From NCBI GenBank assembly GCA_041394405.1, contig JAWKIF010000016.1, positions 1,202 to 65,201 of the forward strand: DNA of 64,000 bases, written 5' to 3'. A program made the position numbers and the translations under genes. This document shows, one piece after another, positions 36,690 to 45,634 of the stretch (position 1 is its first letter; each line of letters starts with the position of its first letter). The DNA comes from Microthrixaceae bacterium (lineage in GTDB: Bacteria > Actinomycetota > Acidimicrobiia > Acidimicrobiales > Microtrichaceae). The notes below the pieces were generated by a model. The model was not told the DNA's origin. It made no database searches and saw only the letters and a list, made by a program, of their open reading frames with translations.

Positions 36690-38303
36690 CTACCTGACGT
36701 TCACCACCACGCGGTGATGGCCGGTGGCGCCATCGGGGTCTGGGCGGCCGGGCTTGGCGGTCTGGGTGTCGCCCTCGCCGTCGGTGGCCCGCACCGTCAA
36801 GGTGTGTTCGCCCGGCGTGGCGTCCCACTCCCACCACCACTGCCGCCAGGTGGCGTTGGACAGCTCGGGGCCCAGCGTGGCGGGGCGCCAGGGGCCGCCA
36901 TCCACCCGGACCTCAACGTTGGCCAACGCTCGCCGGCCCGCCCAGGCCACCCCGGCCACCGTGGCTGCGCCGGCATTGACGGTGGCCGAGTCGGCGGGCA
37001 CGTCGATGCGGCTCTGGGTCTTGATCGGGGCCTCCCGGGACCAGCCGCGCGGGATCCAGTAGCCGGTGAAGTCCTCCCACGTGGTGAGCTCGATCCTCTC
37101 CACCCACTTGCAGGCGGACACGTAGCCGTAGAGCCCGGGGATGACCAGGCGTGCGGGGAACCCGTGAATGATGGGCAGCGGCTCGCCGCCCATGCCCAGG
37201 GCGATGAGCGCCGGCGGCGTCGCATCGCCGGCGGGCCGTTCGAGCGCCTCGATGGGGAATCCGCAGGTCCAGCCGTCGGTGGAGGTGGCCCCCACCTGGG
37301 TGGCGGACGCCGGGATGCCGGCCTCCTCCAGCACCGAGCGCAACTCGACGCCCTGCCAGCGGGCGTTTCCCACCAGGTCACCGCCCACTTCGTTGGACAC
37401 GCAGCTGAGGGTGCAGTCAATCTCCACCTGTTCCCGGCCGAGCAGGTCGGCGTAGCTCAGCGTCAGGGGGCCGTTGCTTCCCCCTGCAATGGTGAGGCTC
37501 CACCCATCGGGATCGACGCTGGGCGGCACGAAGGCCGTGTCGATCCGGTAGAAGTCGCCCGTGGGTGTGACGAGCGGCGACAGCCCGTCGACGGGCGTGG
37601 GGCCGTCGGTCGCCGTCGTGGCCGGATCGTGTGGAAGCGGCGGCGCCGTCCGGTCCGCCTCGGGCAGGGTCACCTCGTCGCGGGCGGCCTGGGCCTTGCC
37701 GCGTCCGCCGACCACCTGCACGGCTCCCGCCAGTGCCAGCTGTACCAGGGCGACCAGCCCCAGCCCGCCGAGCGTGGTGCGGCGGGTGAGCAGGAGCGGC
37801 GTGTCGATGTCCGAGCGGTCGCGGTCGTGGGGCCCCTCCGGCGAGGCCGAGACGGGGTCGTGGGTCAACCACCACAGGGCTCCTGCGCTGACGGCGCCGC
37901 CCAGGAGCGCCCCCGCTCCGCTCGCCGGGCCGCTGTTGCGGCCGGTCCAGGCGGCCAGCGCCCCGAGCAGCCCGACCGCGAAGGCGATGGCGCAGGCGGC
38001 GGCGGAGGACTTGGTGTCACGAACCGCCAGGCGGCCCAGTCCGGTCGCCGCGAGCCCCAGGATGACCAGCGTGCCCACGATGAGCGCCGGCTTGTCCAGG
38101 GTTCCCAGCGTTTGAATGGCCCAGTCCCGCACGCCGGCCGGGCTCAGGTCCACCACCCGGTCGGCGATCGCCAGCAGGGGCGACCGGATCGAGGACACCA
38201 GCGCGGCCAGCAGCTCGCCGGTGCCCAGGCCCAGGCCGGCGGCGACCAGGCCGATCAGCCACGGGGGGTTCTCGGCGAATCGGGGACTGCCTGGGGGACT
38301 CAC
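36690..38303 (-). CDS. Molybdopterin-dependent oxidoreductase (sulfite-oxidase fold) with N-terminal polytopic membrane domain
   Basis: 3' part of ORF 36690-38789. GTG 38303 overlaps the msrA stop (GTGA). N-terminal TM helices, Moco domain with FYRID... and Cys ligand context [11 protein letters not shown]-terminal Ig-like domain. Confidence 0.8.
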   Translation of the reverse strand: MSPPGSPRFAENPPWLIGLVAAGLGLGTGELLAALVSSIRSPLLAIADRVVDLSPAGVRDWAIQTLGTLDKPALIVGTLVILGLAATGLGRLAVRDTKSSAAACAIAFAVGLLGALAAWTGRNSGPASGAGALLGGAVSAGALWWLTHDPVSASPEGPHDRDRSDIDTPLLLTRRTTLGGLGLVALVQLALAGAVQVVGGRGKAQAARDEVTLPEADRTAPPLPHDPATTATDGPTPVDGLSPLVTPTGDFYRIDTAFVPPSVDPDGWSLTIAGGSNGPLTLSYADLLGREQVEIDCTLSCVSNEVGGDLVGNARWQGVELRSVLEEAGIPASATQVGATSTDGWTCGFPIEALERPAGDATPPALIALGMGGEPLPIIHGFPARLVIPGLYGYVSACKWVERIELTTWEDFTGYWIPRGWSREAPIKTQSRIDVPADSATVNAGAATVAGVAWAGRRALANVEVRVDGGPWRPATLGPELSNATWRQWWWEWDATPGEHTLTVRATDGEGDTQTAKPGRPDPDGATGHHRVVVNVR

Positions 38304-38947
38304 GCCCCCAGGCCTACCGGGCAACTCACCCCGGTCCCGCCGATGCCGCAGTAGCCGCCCGGGTTCTTGTGCAGGTACTGCTGGTGCTCCTCCTCGGCGG
38401 GGAAGAAGGTGGCGTCGCCGCGGATCTCGGTGGTGATCGCGCCGTATCCCCGGTCGGCCAGCGCCCGGGCGTAGCGGTCGCGGGAGGCCTCCGCAGCCGC
38501 CAGGCGATCGCCATCGGCGACACCGATGAACGATCGGTACTGGGTGCCACGGTCGTTGCCCTGGCGCATGCCCTGCGTGGGGTCGTGGCCCTCCCAGAAC
38601 ACCCCGAGGAGCCGTTCGAAGTCGATGACGGTCGGGTCGTAGGCGACCAACACGGCCTCGGTATGGCCGGTCTGCCCGGAGCACACCTCCCGGTAGGTGG
38701 GGTTGGGCGTCGAGCCGCCGGCATAGCCCACGGCGGTCACCCAGACGCCGGTTGTTTCCCAGAAGATGCGTTCGGCGCCCCAGAAGCACCCCATGCCGAA
38801 GAGCGCCACCTGGGTGCCCTCGGGGTACCCGTCGAACATCGCGCGTCCGTTGACGGCGTGGACGCCCGAGACGGCCAACGGCTGGTCGCGCCCGGGCAGC
38901 GACTCCTCCGGCGAGGGGATGGAGGTGGCCTTGTGGCCGAACAACAT
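38300..38947 (-). CDS. msrA: Peptide-methionine (S)-S-oxide reductase MsrA
   Basis: 3' part of ORF 38300-39271 from ATG 38947. [20 protein letters not shown]... parallels the E. coli MsrA N-terminus. Active site GMGCFWGAE. Confidence 0.9.
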   Translation of the reverse strand: MLFGHKATSIPSPEESLPGRDQPLAVSGVHAVNGRAMFDGYPEGTQVALFGMGCFWGAERIFWETTGVWVTAVGYAGGSTPNPTYREVCSGQTGHTEAVLVAYDPTVIDFERLLGVFWEGHDPTQGMRQGNDRGTQYRSFIGVADGDRLAAAEASRDRYARALADRGYGAITTEIRGDATFFPAEEEHQQYLHKNPGGYCGIGGTGVSCPVGLGA

Positions 38948-39128
38948 GAGGGCTCCTTCGGTGAGGGCGGGGCGGTGGGTCCCCGGTGGGATGTCGGCTG
39001 CGTGGTAGTACCGCGCCATCGACTGCTCCAACCCTGCCACCGCTCGGGGTGTTCCCGCGTTCGCCCTGCTGCGCCCGGTCTCAGCGAGCCACGCCCGGCG
39101 GCGCCCGGCGGCCTCTGCCCTGTCTGCG

Positions 39129-39680
39129 TTGCTGCTGGGCGCGATGCTCGTGTTTGCGGGGTGCAGCGGGGGGCCGACCTTGGAGGAGTGGGCGCAGCAG
39201 GCCGACGCGGTGTGCCTGGCCATCAACGACGAGGTCGATGCCCTCCCGGCGCCCGGCAACGACCTGGCCACGTTCTCGGCCTATATCGGTCGTGTGCAGG
39301 CCCTCCTGCAGGAGGAATCGGACCGGTTGCGGGCGCTGGAACCCCCCGACGGGGGCGAGATGCCCACGTCCATGGCCGACTATCTGGACCGCCAGGTTGA
39401 GCTGGCCGACGATCTGGGGACGGCGGCCAACGACGGCGACGCCGACCGGGTTCGAGCCCTGCTGGATCAGTCGGCGCGGGAGCTGGGGCCCCTCGGGCGC
39501 ACGGCGGCTGAGGAGGCGGGGGTCACCGAGTGCGCCAGCACCGGCGCAGTGGCCGGCTCCGGAGGTTCAGGTGCAGATACCACGGTGCCCGCGACCGAAC
39601 CCGACCCTGCGGTCAGTGCTCCGGTTCCTGAGGGCGGGGTGCCCTCGACGACCGGGCCCGCAGCACCCGGGGTCGGCTGA
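39129..39680 (+). CDS. Lipoprotein, hypothetical
   Basis: ORF 39129-39680 (TTG start). Lipobox LVFAGCSG. The frame is open from 39009 and encodes a signal n-region-like [12 protein letters not shown] upstream, so the true start is probably upstream and non-canonical. Confidence 0.6.
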   Translation: MLLGAMLVFAGCSGGPTLEEWAQQADAVCLAINDEVDALPAPGNDLATFSAYIGRVQALLQEESDRLRALEPPDGGEMPTSMADYLDRQVELADDLGTAANDGDADRVRALLDQSARELGPLGRTAAEEAGVTECASTGAVAGSGGSGADTTVPATEPDPAVSAPVPEGGVPSTTGPAAPGVG

Positions 39681-41319
39681 GGCGTCGGGGTGTGCGGCCG
39701 GGTCGGGCCGGGCCGTCCTGCAACTCGAACAGCTCGGTCGCCTGGCTTCGACCACGAATCCTGGCCGGACCCCGATTCTCGAACCGGGCCGCACCCTGCC
39801 CGGTCGTCGCGCGCAGGGTGACGGCGGCGCCAGTTCCCACCTCCACGGCCCCGCCGGTGGCAACGGCCCCCTCGGCCGTCTGGGCAGTGGCCAGCACCCC
39901 GCTGGGCGTTGCCTTTGCCAGCTCGCACAGCCGGGCCGCCACGTTCACCACATCGCCGATCACGGTGAACTCGTAGCGCTCCGGCGTGCCTACGTAGCCT
40001 GCCAACGCCTCGCCGGTGGCCACCCCGACCCCGGCATGGTGCCCGGCCTCGGTAGCGGCCAAGGCCTCGGGCAGGTGCGCTGCGGCCGCCAACGCCCGAG
40101 CGGCATGGTCGGGCTGGGCCAGCGGCGCCCCGAAGATGCACAGCGCAGCGTCACCCTCGAACTTGTTGATCGAGCCGCCGTGGGCATCCACGACGGTGGC
40201 GACCACGCCGAAGAAGTCGTTGAGCATGTCCACCACCTCGCCCGGGCTGTGGGACTCGCTGTAGGCGGTATAGCCGTCGAGGTCGACGAACAGCACGCTG
40301 ACCTGCCGCAGTTCGCCACCAAGGTCGGGGCTGTGGCTCAGCGCCCACTGGGCCACATCCTGGCCAACCTGGCGCCCGAACAGGTCGTGCAGCACGGCGC
40401 GTTCGGCCAGGCCGGCGGTCATCGAGTTGAACCCCTCGGCCAGGCGCCCCAGGTCGCCGCCGTCATCGACCGGCACCCGCACGTCCAGCTCCCCCTCGCG
40501 CACCCTGGCCATTGCTCGGCGAACCCGCTCGATGCGTCGTCCGACCGCCGAGGAGGCGCCCCACATCACCACGCCGCCCGACACCAGGCCGGTGCTCAGC
40601 AGTATCCCGAGGCGGAGCGGCGATATCTGAGCCTCCTCCGGGGAGGTGAGGAAGGCCAGCCCGACGCCCAACAGGGGCACTGCGCTGCCCAACAGCCAGA
40701 ACACCCACAGGCGGCGCTCCACGTCTCGCTGGCGGCGGGTGTTGACCTCGCCACCCTGGGCCAGATCGATGAGCGGACGCAGCTGGCGCTCCAAGAGCAG
40801 GTAGATGAGCGTGGAGGTGACGAGCCCGGCCAGGGCAATGCCCACGCCCACCCGGGGCGAGCCGTTCACCAGTGCGAAGATCACCCCGGCGAGGGCCCAC
40901 CACAGAAAGCTCAGCGCCGACAGCGACATGGCCAACCGCAGCACCAGGCCGCGGTGCCACCGGACCGGCGCCTCGCCCGCCTCGGCCCAGCGGACGGCCA
41001 GGTGCAACAGCACGTTCTGCACCGGCACCGAAACGATCGCCACGGAGGCCAGATACACCAGGAACACCCGCAGGTTCAGCGACTCGTTGCGCGGCCCTCC
41101 GCTGTCGGTCCACGGGAACAGCCAGGTCAGGTAGACCCACACGATGAACCCGCCCACCAGGTTCGCCACGGCAACCCGGATGCGGATGGACCAGCGCAGC
41201 CCGGCGGCCTCCCGGGCCGCGCGTCGGCCGACGTCGGAGAGCGGTGCCGGGGCTGCATCGGCGATCCCGACGCTGGCGTCGTCGCCGTCCTCGGCGGTGG
41301 ACGCTGGGCTGACGGTCAC
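39613..41319 (-). CDS. Membrane-bound class III adenylate/guanylate cyclase with HAMP domain
   Basis: 3' part of ORF 39613-42081. GTG 41319 preceded by GGGAGG. About 6 TM helices, HAMP (GDLGRLAEGFNSMTAGL), cyclase motifs VLFVDLDGYTAYSE, GDAALCIFGAP, TVIGDVVNVAARL. Confidence 0.85.
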   Translation of the reverse strand: MTVSPASTAEDGDDASVGIADAAPAPLSDVGRRAAREAAGLRWSIRIRVAVANLVGGFIVWVYLTWLFPWTDSGGPRNESLNLRVFLVYLASVAIVSVPVQNVLLHLAVRWAEAGEAPVRWHRGLVLRLAMSLSALSFLWWALAGVIFALVNGSPRVGVGIALAGLVTSTLIYLLLERQLRPLIDLAQGGEVNTRRQRDVERRLWVFWLLGSAVPLLGVGLAFLTSPEEAQISPLRLGILLSTGLVSGGVVMWGASSAVGRRIERVRRAMARVREGELDVRVPVDDGGDLGRLAEGFNSMTAGLAERAVLHDLFGRQVGQDVAQWALSHSPDLGGELRQVSVLFVDLDGYTAYSESHSPGEVVDMLNDFFGVVATVVDAHGGSINKFEGDAALCIFGAPLAQPDHAARALAAAAHLPEALAATEAGHHAGVGVATGEALAGYVGTPERYEFTVIGDVVNVAARLCELAKATPSGVLATAQTAEGAVATGGAVEVGTGAAVTLRATTGQGAARFENRGPARIRGRSQATELFELQDGPARPGRTPRRLSRPRVLRARSSRAPRPQEPEH

Positions 41320-41596
41320 TGAACCTCCCGAACAGGGGGCCGAACGCAGCGCTGCCGGGGTGGGACCCAGGCAGACGTTTGCCCGGGCAGTGTAGCGGGG
41401 TGGGCGGTCGTTTCTCTCAGGTTGTTTGCCACGGTGCCGACGCGGGGGTGATGGCCGGTGTGTGCTCAACCGTGGTGAGGATGGGGCCTCGACGGGACCT
41501 GGGGAGGCCCAACGATCTATCCTGTGGCATCGCCACGCACCAGTCCCGGGGTGCCGGCGCCCCGTCCGACCGAGCAGGCCGTGGGGTGTTGGCGCC

Positions 41597-43030
41597 ATGA
41601 GCCGGCTCTCCTTCGACAGCGACCGCCCCCGCGCCGAGCGCCGCCCTGGCCTCGGCCCCGCGCGCCCGCGTCGGCGCCGGCTGCTGGTGGCGTGCTGCGC
41701 TGCGGCGGCCATGGTGTCGGCCGTCTCGACGCAGGCGGGCGCCACCCCGCGCCAGGACGAGCCGACCACCACGACCCAGGCCCCCTCCGGCTCCACGCCG
41801 GTGCTGCTCCAGCAGGCGGTGGACAAGGCAGAGGGTGAGGTGACCCGCCTCACCGACGCGCTGTCGGCCGCCGAACGGGCGGACGTGGCGGCTCGGGAGG
41901 CTGCCGCCGCCAACGATCGGTCGCTGGAGGCCCAGCGCAACGACGAGCTGGCCGACGCCGATGTGGCAAAGGGCAAGGCCGCATCGGCCGAAAAGCAGGC
42001 CAACGCGTTGGCCGAGCGGCTCAAGGAGGCCGACGCCGGCCGCGAGGACGCCAACCAGGAGCTGTTGCGCACCGCAGGCAAGCTGCGCCGCTACTCGGTG
42101 GCGGCGTATGTCTCCAACAGCCAGCCTCCCGGGTTGACGTCCGTCGGCGACGACGCTGCGGTGAAGGCCGTCAGGCGTCGCGAGCTGCTCCGCAGCTCCG
42201 GACGGGCGCACGTGACGCGCACCAAAGAGGCCGAGGTGAAGCGGGTGGTGGCGGAGAGCGAGGTGGACGAGCTGGCGGCCAAACGCTCCGAGCAGCTGGA
42301 CGAGCAACAGCGACAGCTGGAGATCGAGGCCGGACATCGTGGGTTGGCCGCGACGCTGGCGGGCGACCGCGAGCAGGCTGCGCAGAGCGAGTTGGACCGG
42401 CGCCAGCGGGCCGCCACCGAACGCCTCGACCTCCGCAACGAGCTGGAACGCGCCAGCAAGATCGCCCGGCAGTTCATCGGGCTGTCCCTGGACGCAACGA
42501 CCTCCATCAACGGCGAACCGCTGCTGACCGCCGACGATCTGGCGCGCTGGTTCGTTGCCGACGGGCGCAAGGCCAACACCACCGTGCCCATCGACGAACT
42601 GGCCCGCCTCTTCATCGAGGAGGGTCGCAGCGAGTCCATCCGCGCCGACATTGCCTTCGCCCAGTCGATCCTGGAGACCGGTTCGTTCGGCTTCCCCGGC
42701 GGCGGGCTGGTGAAGGGGACCGACAACAACTATGCGGGCATCGGCGCCTGCGATTCGTGCTCGGGCGGGTTTGGCTTCCCCGACGCGCGCACGGGCGCCC
42801 GGGCACAGATGCAGCTGCTGAAGATCTACGCCAATCCGGGCCTGACGGCGAGCCAGTTCGCCAACCCGCAGGTTCGCTGGGACCCGGAGAAGATGGGCAT
42901 TCGGGGCTGTTGTCCCACCTGGAAGGACCTGGCGGGCGTGTGGGCGTCGAACACCGACTACTTCGGCCAGATCCAGACGGTGTGGAACGAGATGGTCACC
43001 TGGGTGGCTCAGGACTACGTGCTGTCCTGA
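41597..43030 (+). CDS. Secreted coiled-coil protein with C-terminal glucosaminidase-type peptidoglycan hydrolase domain
   Basis: 3' part of ORF 41426-43030 from ATG 41597. Basic n-region plus hydrophobic signal (RRRRLLVACCAAAAMVSAVSTQAGA), long coiled coil, C-terminal IAFAQSILETGSFGFPGG...NNYAGIGA. Confidence 0.75.
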   Translation: MSRLSFDSDRPRAERRPGLGPARPRRRRLLVACCAAAAMVSAVSTQAGATPRQDEPTTTTQAPSGSTPVLLQQAVDKAEGEVTRLTDALSAAERADVAAREAAAANDRSLEAQRNDELADADVAKGKAASAEKQANALAERLKEADAGREDANQELLRTAGKLRRYSVAAYVSNSQPPGLTSVGDDAAVKAVRRRELLRSSGRAHVTRTKEAEVKRVVAESEVDELAAKRSEQLDEQQRQLEIEAGHRGLAATLAGDREQAAQSELDRRQRAATERLDLRNELERASKIARQFIGLSLDATTSINGEPLLTADDLARWFVADGRKANTTVPIDELARLFIEEGRSESIRADIAFAQSILETGSFGFPGGGLVKGTDNNYAGIGACDSCSGGFGFPDARTGARAQMQLLKIYANPGLTASQFANPQVRWDPEKMGIRGCCPTWKDLAGVWASNTDYFGQIQTVWNEMVTWVAQDYVLS

Positions 43031-43037
43031 GTTCCCG

Positions 43038-43340
43038 CTACATCAGCCGGTTCTTGTCGCTCACGCTGTAGGCGTACAACTCGGTTGCGGTGACGCCGAA
43101 GTCACCCATGGAGCCCAGGAACTCGGCGAGATGCGCCGTGCCCATGTGGGCGTCCATCGCTTCCTGGGAGGCCCATTCCTCGAAGATGCGGTAGGTGCCC
43201 GGCTCGGCCGGGTCGGCGTAGAAGCCGTAGCTGACGCAGCCATCCTCGGCACGGGTGGTGGGCACGAGCGCCCCGAGGGCCTCGTGGAACGCCTCCGTGT
43301 TGGCGGGGTCGAAGCTGAGGAATCCGGATACGACGATCAT
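43038..43340 (-). CDS. Antibiotic-biosynthesis-monooxygenase (ABM) domain protein
   Basis: ORF 43038-43340. 100 aa, ferredoxin-like ABM pattern (...GCVSYGFYADPAEPGTYRIFEEWASQEAMDAHM...). Confidence 0.7.
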   Translation of the reverse strand: MIVVSGFLSFDPANTEAFHEALGALVPTTRAEDGCVSYGFYADPAEPGTYRIFEEWASQEAMDAHMGTAHLAEFLGSMGDFGVTATELYAYSVSDKNRLM

Positions 43341-43452
43341 GGGGTGCTCCCGTTCTCGGGCGGCTGGGAACGCCGCGGCGCGGCCGACGTTAGTTCGACG
43401 GTGGGACTTAGGCCCCTACCGGGCGCCGCCGCTCACTCCGTACGGTCATCCA

Positions 43453-43935
43453 ATGGCCCTCCTGTCACCTCCCCCCGAAGCAGCGACGCCCGCCGACGGG
43501 CTGGGCCACACCGAGCGGGCGTTCTGGCGGGCCTGGCTGCAGGCCACCCAATCGCTGACCGACCGACTCGATCGGGAGTTGAACGACGACTTCGGCATCA
43601 CGATTGCCGACTACGAAGCCATGGCGCACCTGGCGGCCGACCCGGATGGACGTCTCCGCATGTCCGAGCTGGCCGACCTGGCGTTGGTGTCGCGCAGCCG
43701 CCTCACCTACCGCATCAACCGGCTGGAGGAGTCCGGTCTGGTTCGGCGTGAGCCGTGCGAGAGCGACAAGCGGGGCTACTTCGCCGTCCTGACCGAACGC
43801 GGCGCAGCGGTGTTGGCGCAGGCACAACCCGTGCACGTCGCCGGGGTGCGGGCTGGACTGCTCGATCAGGTACCGGCGGAGGTGGCCGACACCCTGCTGG
43901 CCGTGCTGGACCGGATTGCGGCCGCCAGCCGCTGA
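43453..43935 (+). CDS. MarR-family transcriptional regulator
   Basis: 3' part of ORF 43255-43935 from ATG 43453. wHTH LRMSELADLALVSRSRLTYRINRLEESGLVRREPCESDKRGYFAVLTERG. Divergent from the ABM gene. Confidence 0.85.
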   Translation: MALLSPPPEAATPADGLGHTERAFWRAWLQATQSLTDRLDRELNDDFGITIADYEAMAHLAADPDGRLRMSELADLALVSRSRLTYRINRLEESGLVRREPCESDKRGYFAVLTERGAAVLAQAQPVHVAGVRAGLLDQVPAEVADTLLAVLDRIAAASR

Positions 43936-43944
43936 GCGACGGCG

Positions 43945-45489
43945 TCAGCTTCTGATACGGGGGAAGAGGGGCGCGCCCTTCTCCACCGGCAGGCCACCGG
44001 GATAGCCGCCCCAGGCCAAGGCGCCGGGCACCGCGGTGTCGGCGGGGTGGTCGGGTTGCTCGGCGGCCCCGGCCAGGCCGATGCGCCGCCACAGCTCCTC
44101 GCTCGACTCGACGAGTGCGGGGGACGCCAACACCGTGACGATGCGCAGCACCTCCAAGGCATCGCCGAGCACCCGGTCCACCTCGGGGCCCGGCTCGGCC
44201 TTCCACGGCTCGTGGGTTTCCAGGTGCGCGTTGGCCTCCCGGATGAGCCGCCATGTGGCCTCAAGCGCCTTTGACGGCGCGGTGTCGGCCCATGCCGCCG
44301 AGGCCTCGGCCACCACCTCGGCGGCCAGGGCGGCCAGTGGGCTGTCGGGATCGGGTGCCGGCCCGATGCCGCCGCACTTCTTGGCGACCACGGTGGCCAC
44401 GCGGGCGGCCAGGTTGCCCAGGTTGTTGGCCAGGTCGGTGTTGTAGCGGGCCACCATGCCCTCGTAGCTGAAGTCGCCGTCGGGCCCGAAGGGTTGGTCG
44501 CGCAGGAACTGGTAGCGAAACCCGTCCACCCCGAAGTCCTCCACCAGTTCTGCGGGCGTGATCTGGTTGAGGGCGGTCTTGGACATCTTCTCGCCGCCCA
44601 CCAGGAGGTAGCCGTGCACGTTCAGCTGGTGGGGCGGTGCCTCGCCGGCCGCCAGCAACATGGCGGGCCAGTAGACGCAGTGAAACCGCAGGATGTCCTT
44701 GGCCAGCAGGTGATGCACCGCCGGCCACCATGCATCGAATCGTTCGCGGTCATCCGCGTAGCCGATGGCCGTGACGTAGTTGATGAGGGCGTCGTACCAC
44801 ACGTAGAAGACGTGGCCGTCGGCCCACGGCACCGGGATTCCCCACTCCACGGCCGAGCGGCTGACGGAGATGTCCCTCAGCCCCCCGCGAATGAGGCCGA
44901 GGGCCTCGTTGCGCTTGCCCTCGGGCTGCACCGCCTCCGGGTGGCCCTCGTACCAGTCCAACAACGGTTGGGTGAACTCCGACAGCCGGAAGAACCAGTT
45001 CTCCTCGGCCAGCCACTCCACGGGTCGCTTGTGGATGCGGCACAACGGCGTGTCGCCGCCTCCCGGGTCGTCGTCCAGCTCCTCGTCGGCGTAGTAGGCC
45101 TCACACGGCACGCAGTACCAGCCCTCGTAGGTGCCGGAGTAGATGTGCCCGTTGTCGTAGATGCGGCTCATGAACGCCTGCACGGCCTGGACCTGGCGGG
45201 GCTCAGTGGTGCGGATGAAGTCGTCGAAGTCGATGTGTAACAGCTCCCACGCCTCGCGGTAGCGGTCGGCGTTGAGCTCTGCGTGCTCGGCGGGCGTGCG
45301 CCCCGCAGCAGCGGCCGCCCGGGCCACCTTCTGGCCGTGTTCGTCGGTGCCGGTGAGGAACAACACGTCCTCGCCCAACAGCTTGTGCCAACGGGCCATG
45401 GCATCGGCGGTCACCGTGGTGTAGGCGTGGCCGATGTGGGGCGCGTCGTTCACGTAGTAGATGGGTGTCGTCACGTAGTACCGGCTCAC
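43945..45489 (-). CDS. metG: Methionine--tRNA ligase
   Basis: ORF 43945-45489. HIGH motif (PHIGHAYT) and KMSKS motif (KMSKT). Confidence 0.95.
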   Translation of the reverse strand: MSRYYVTTPIYYVNDAPHIGHAYTTVTADAMARWHKLLGEDVLFLTGTDEHGQKVARAAAAAGRTPAEHAELNADRYREAWELLHIDFDDFIRTTEPRQVQAVQAFMSRIYDNGHIYSGTYEGWYCVPCEAYYADEELDDDPGGGDTPLCRIHKRPVEWLAEENWFFRLSEFTQPLLDWYEGHPEAVQPEGKRNEALGLIRGGLRDISVSRSAVEWGIPVPWADGHVFYVWYDALINYVTAIGYADDRERFDAWWPAVHHLLAKDILRFHCVYWPAMLLAAGEAPPHQLNVHGYLLVGGEKMSKTALNQITPAELVEDFGVDGFRYQFLRDQPFGPDGDFSYEGMVARYNTDLANNLGNLAARVATVVAKKCGGIGPAPDPDSPLAALAAEVVAEASAAWADTAPSKALEATWRLIREANAHLETHEPWKAEPGPEVDRVLGDALEVLRIVTVLASPALVESSEELWRRIGLAGAAEQPDHPADTAVPGALAWGGYPGGLPVEKGAPLFPRIRS

Positions 45490-45574
45490 GGCGCGAGGCT
45501 ACCCAGTTCGCTCTCGGCCCCCGAATGGGTTCTGGAGCGGGCCACCGGGTGAGCAGCCGACGCCCGCTACTCTT

Positions 45575-45591
45575 TCTGACGGTCCGTCAGA
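45575..45591. promoter_or_regulatory. Perfect 8-1-8 palindrome TCTGACGGTCCGTCAGA in the metG / LLM divergent intergenic region (candidate operator)
   Basis: Read directly from the sequence; lies 44 nt upstream of the LLM start codon. Confidence 0.35.
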
Positions 45592-45634
45592 TTCCGACGG
45601 GCGACCACCCAGGACCGACACGGGGAGACGGGCG

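Noticed and set aside
34330-36840. 836-aa minus-strand ORF
   Set aside because: It lies antisense to the CocE/NonD hydrolase and is extremely Arg/Gly-rich without motifs.
38986-41322. 778-aa plus-strand ORF
   Set aside because: It lies antisense to the class III adenylate cyclase, whose HAMP and cyclase motifs are clear on the minus strand.
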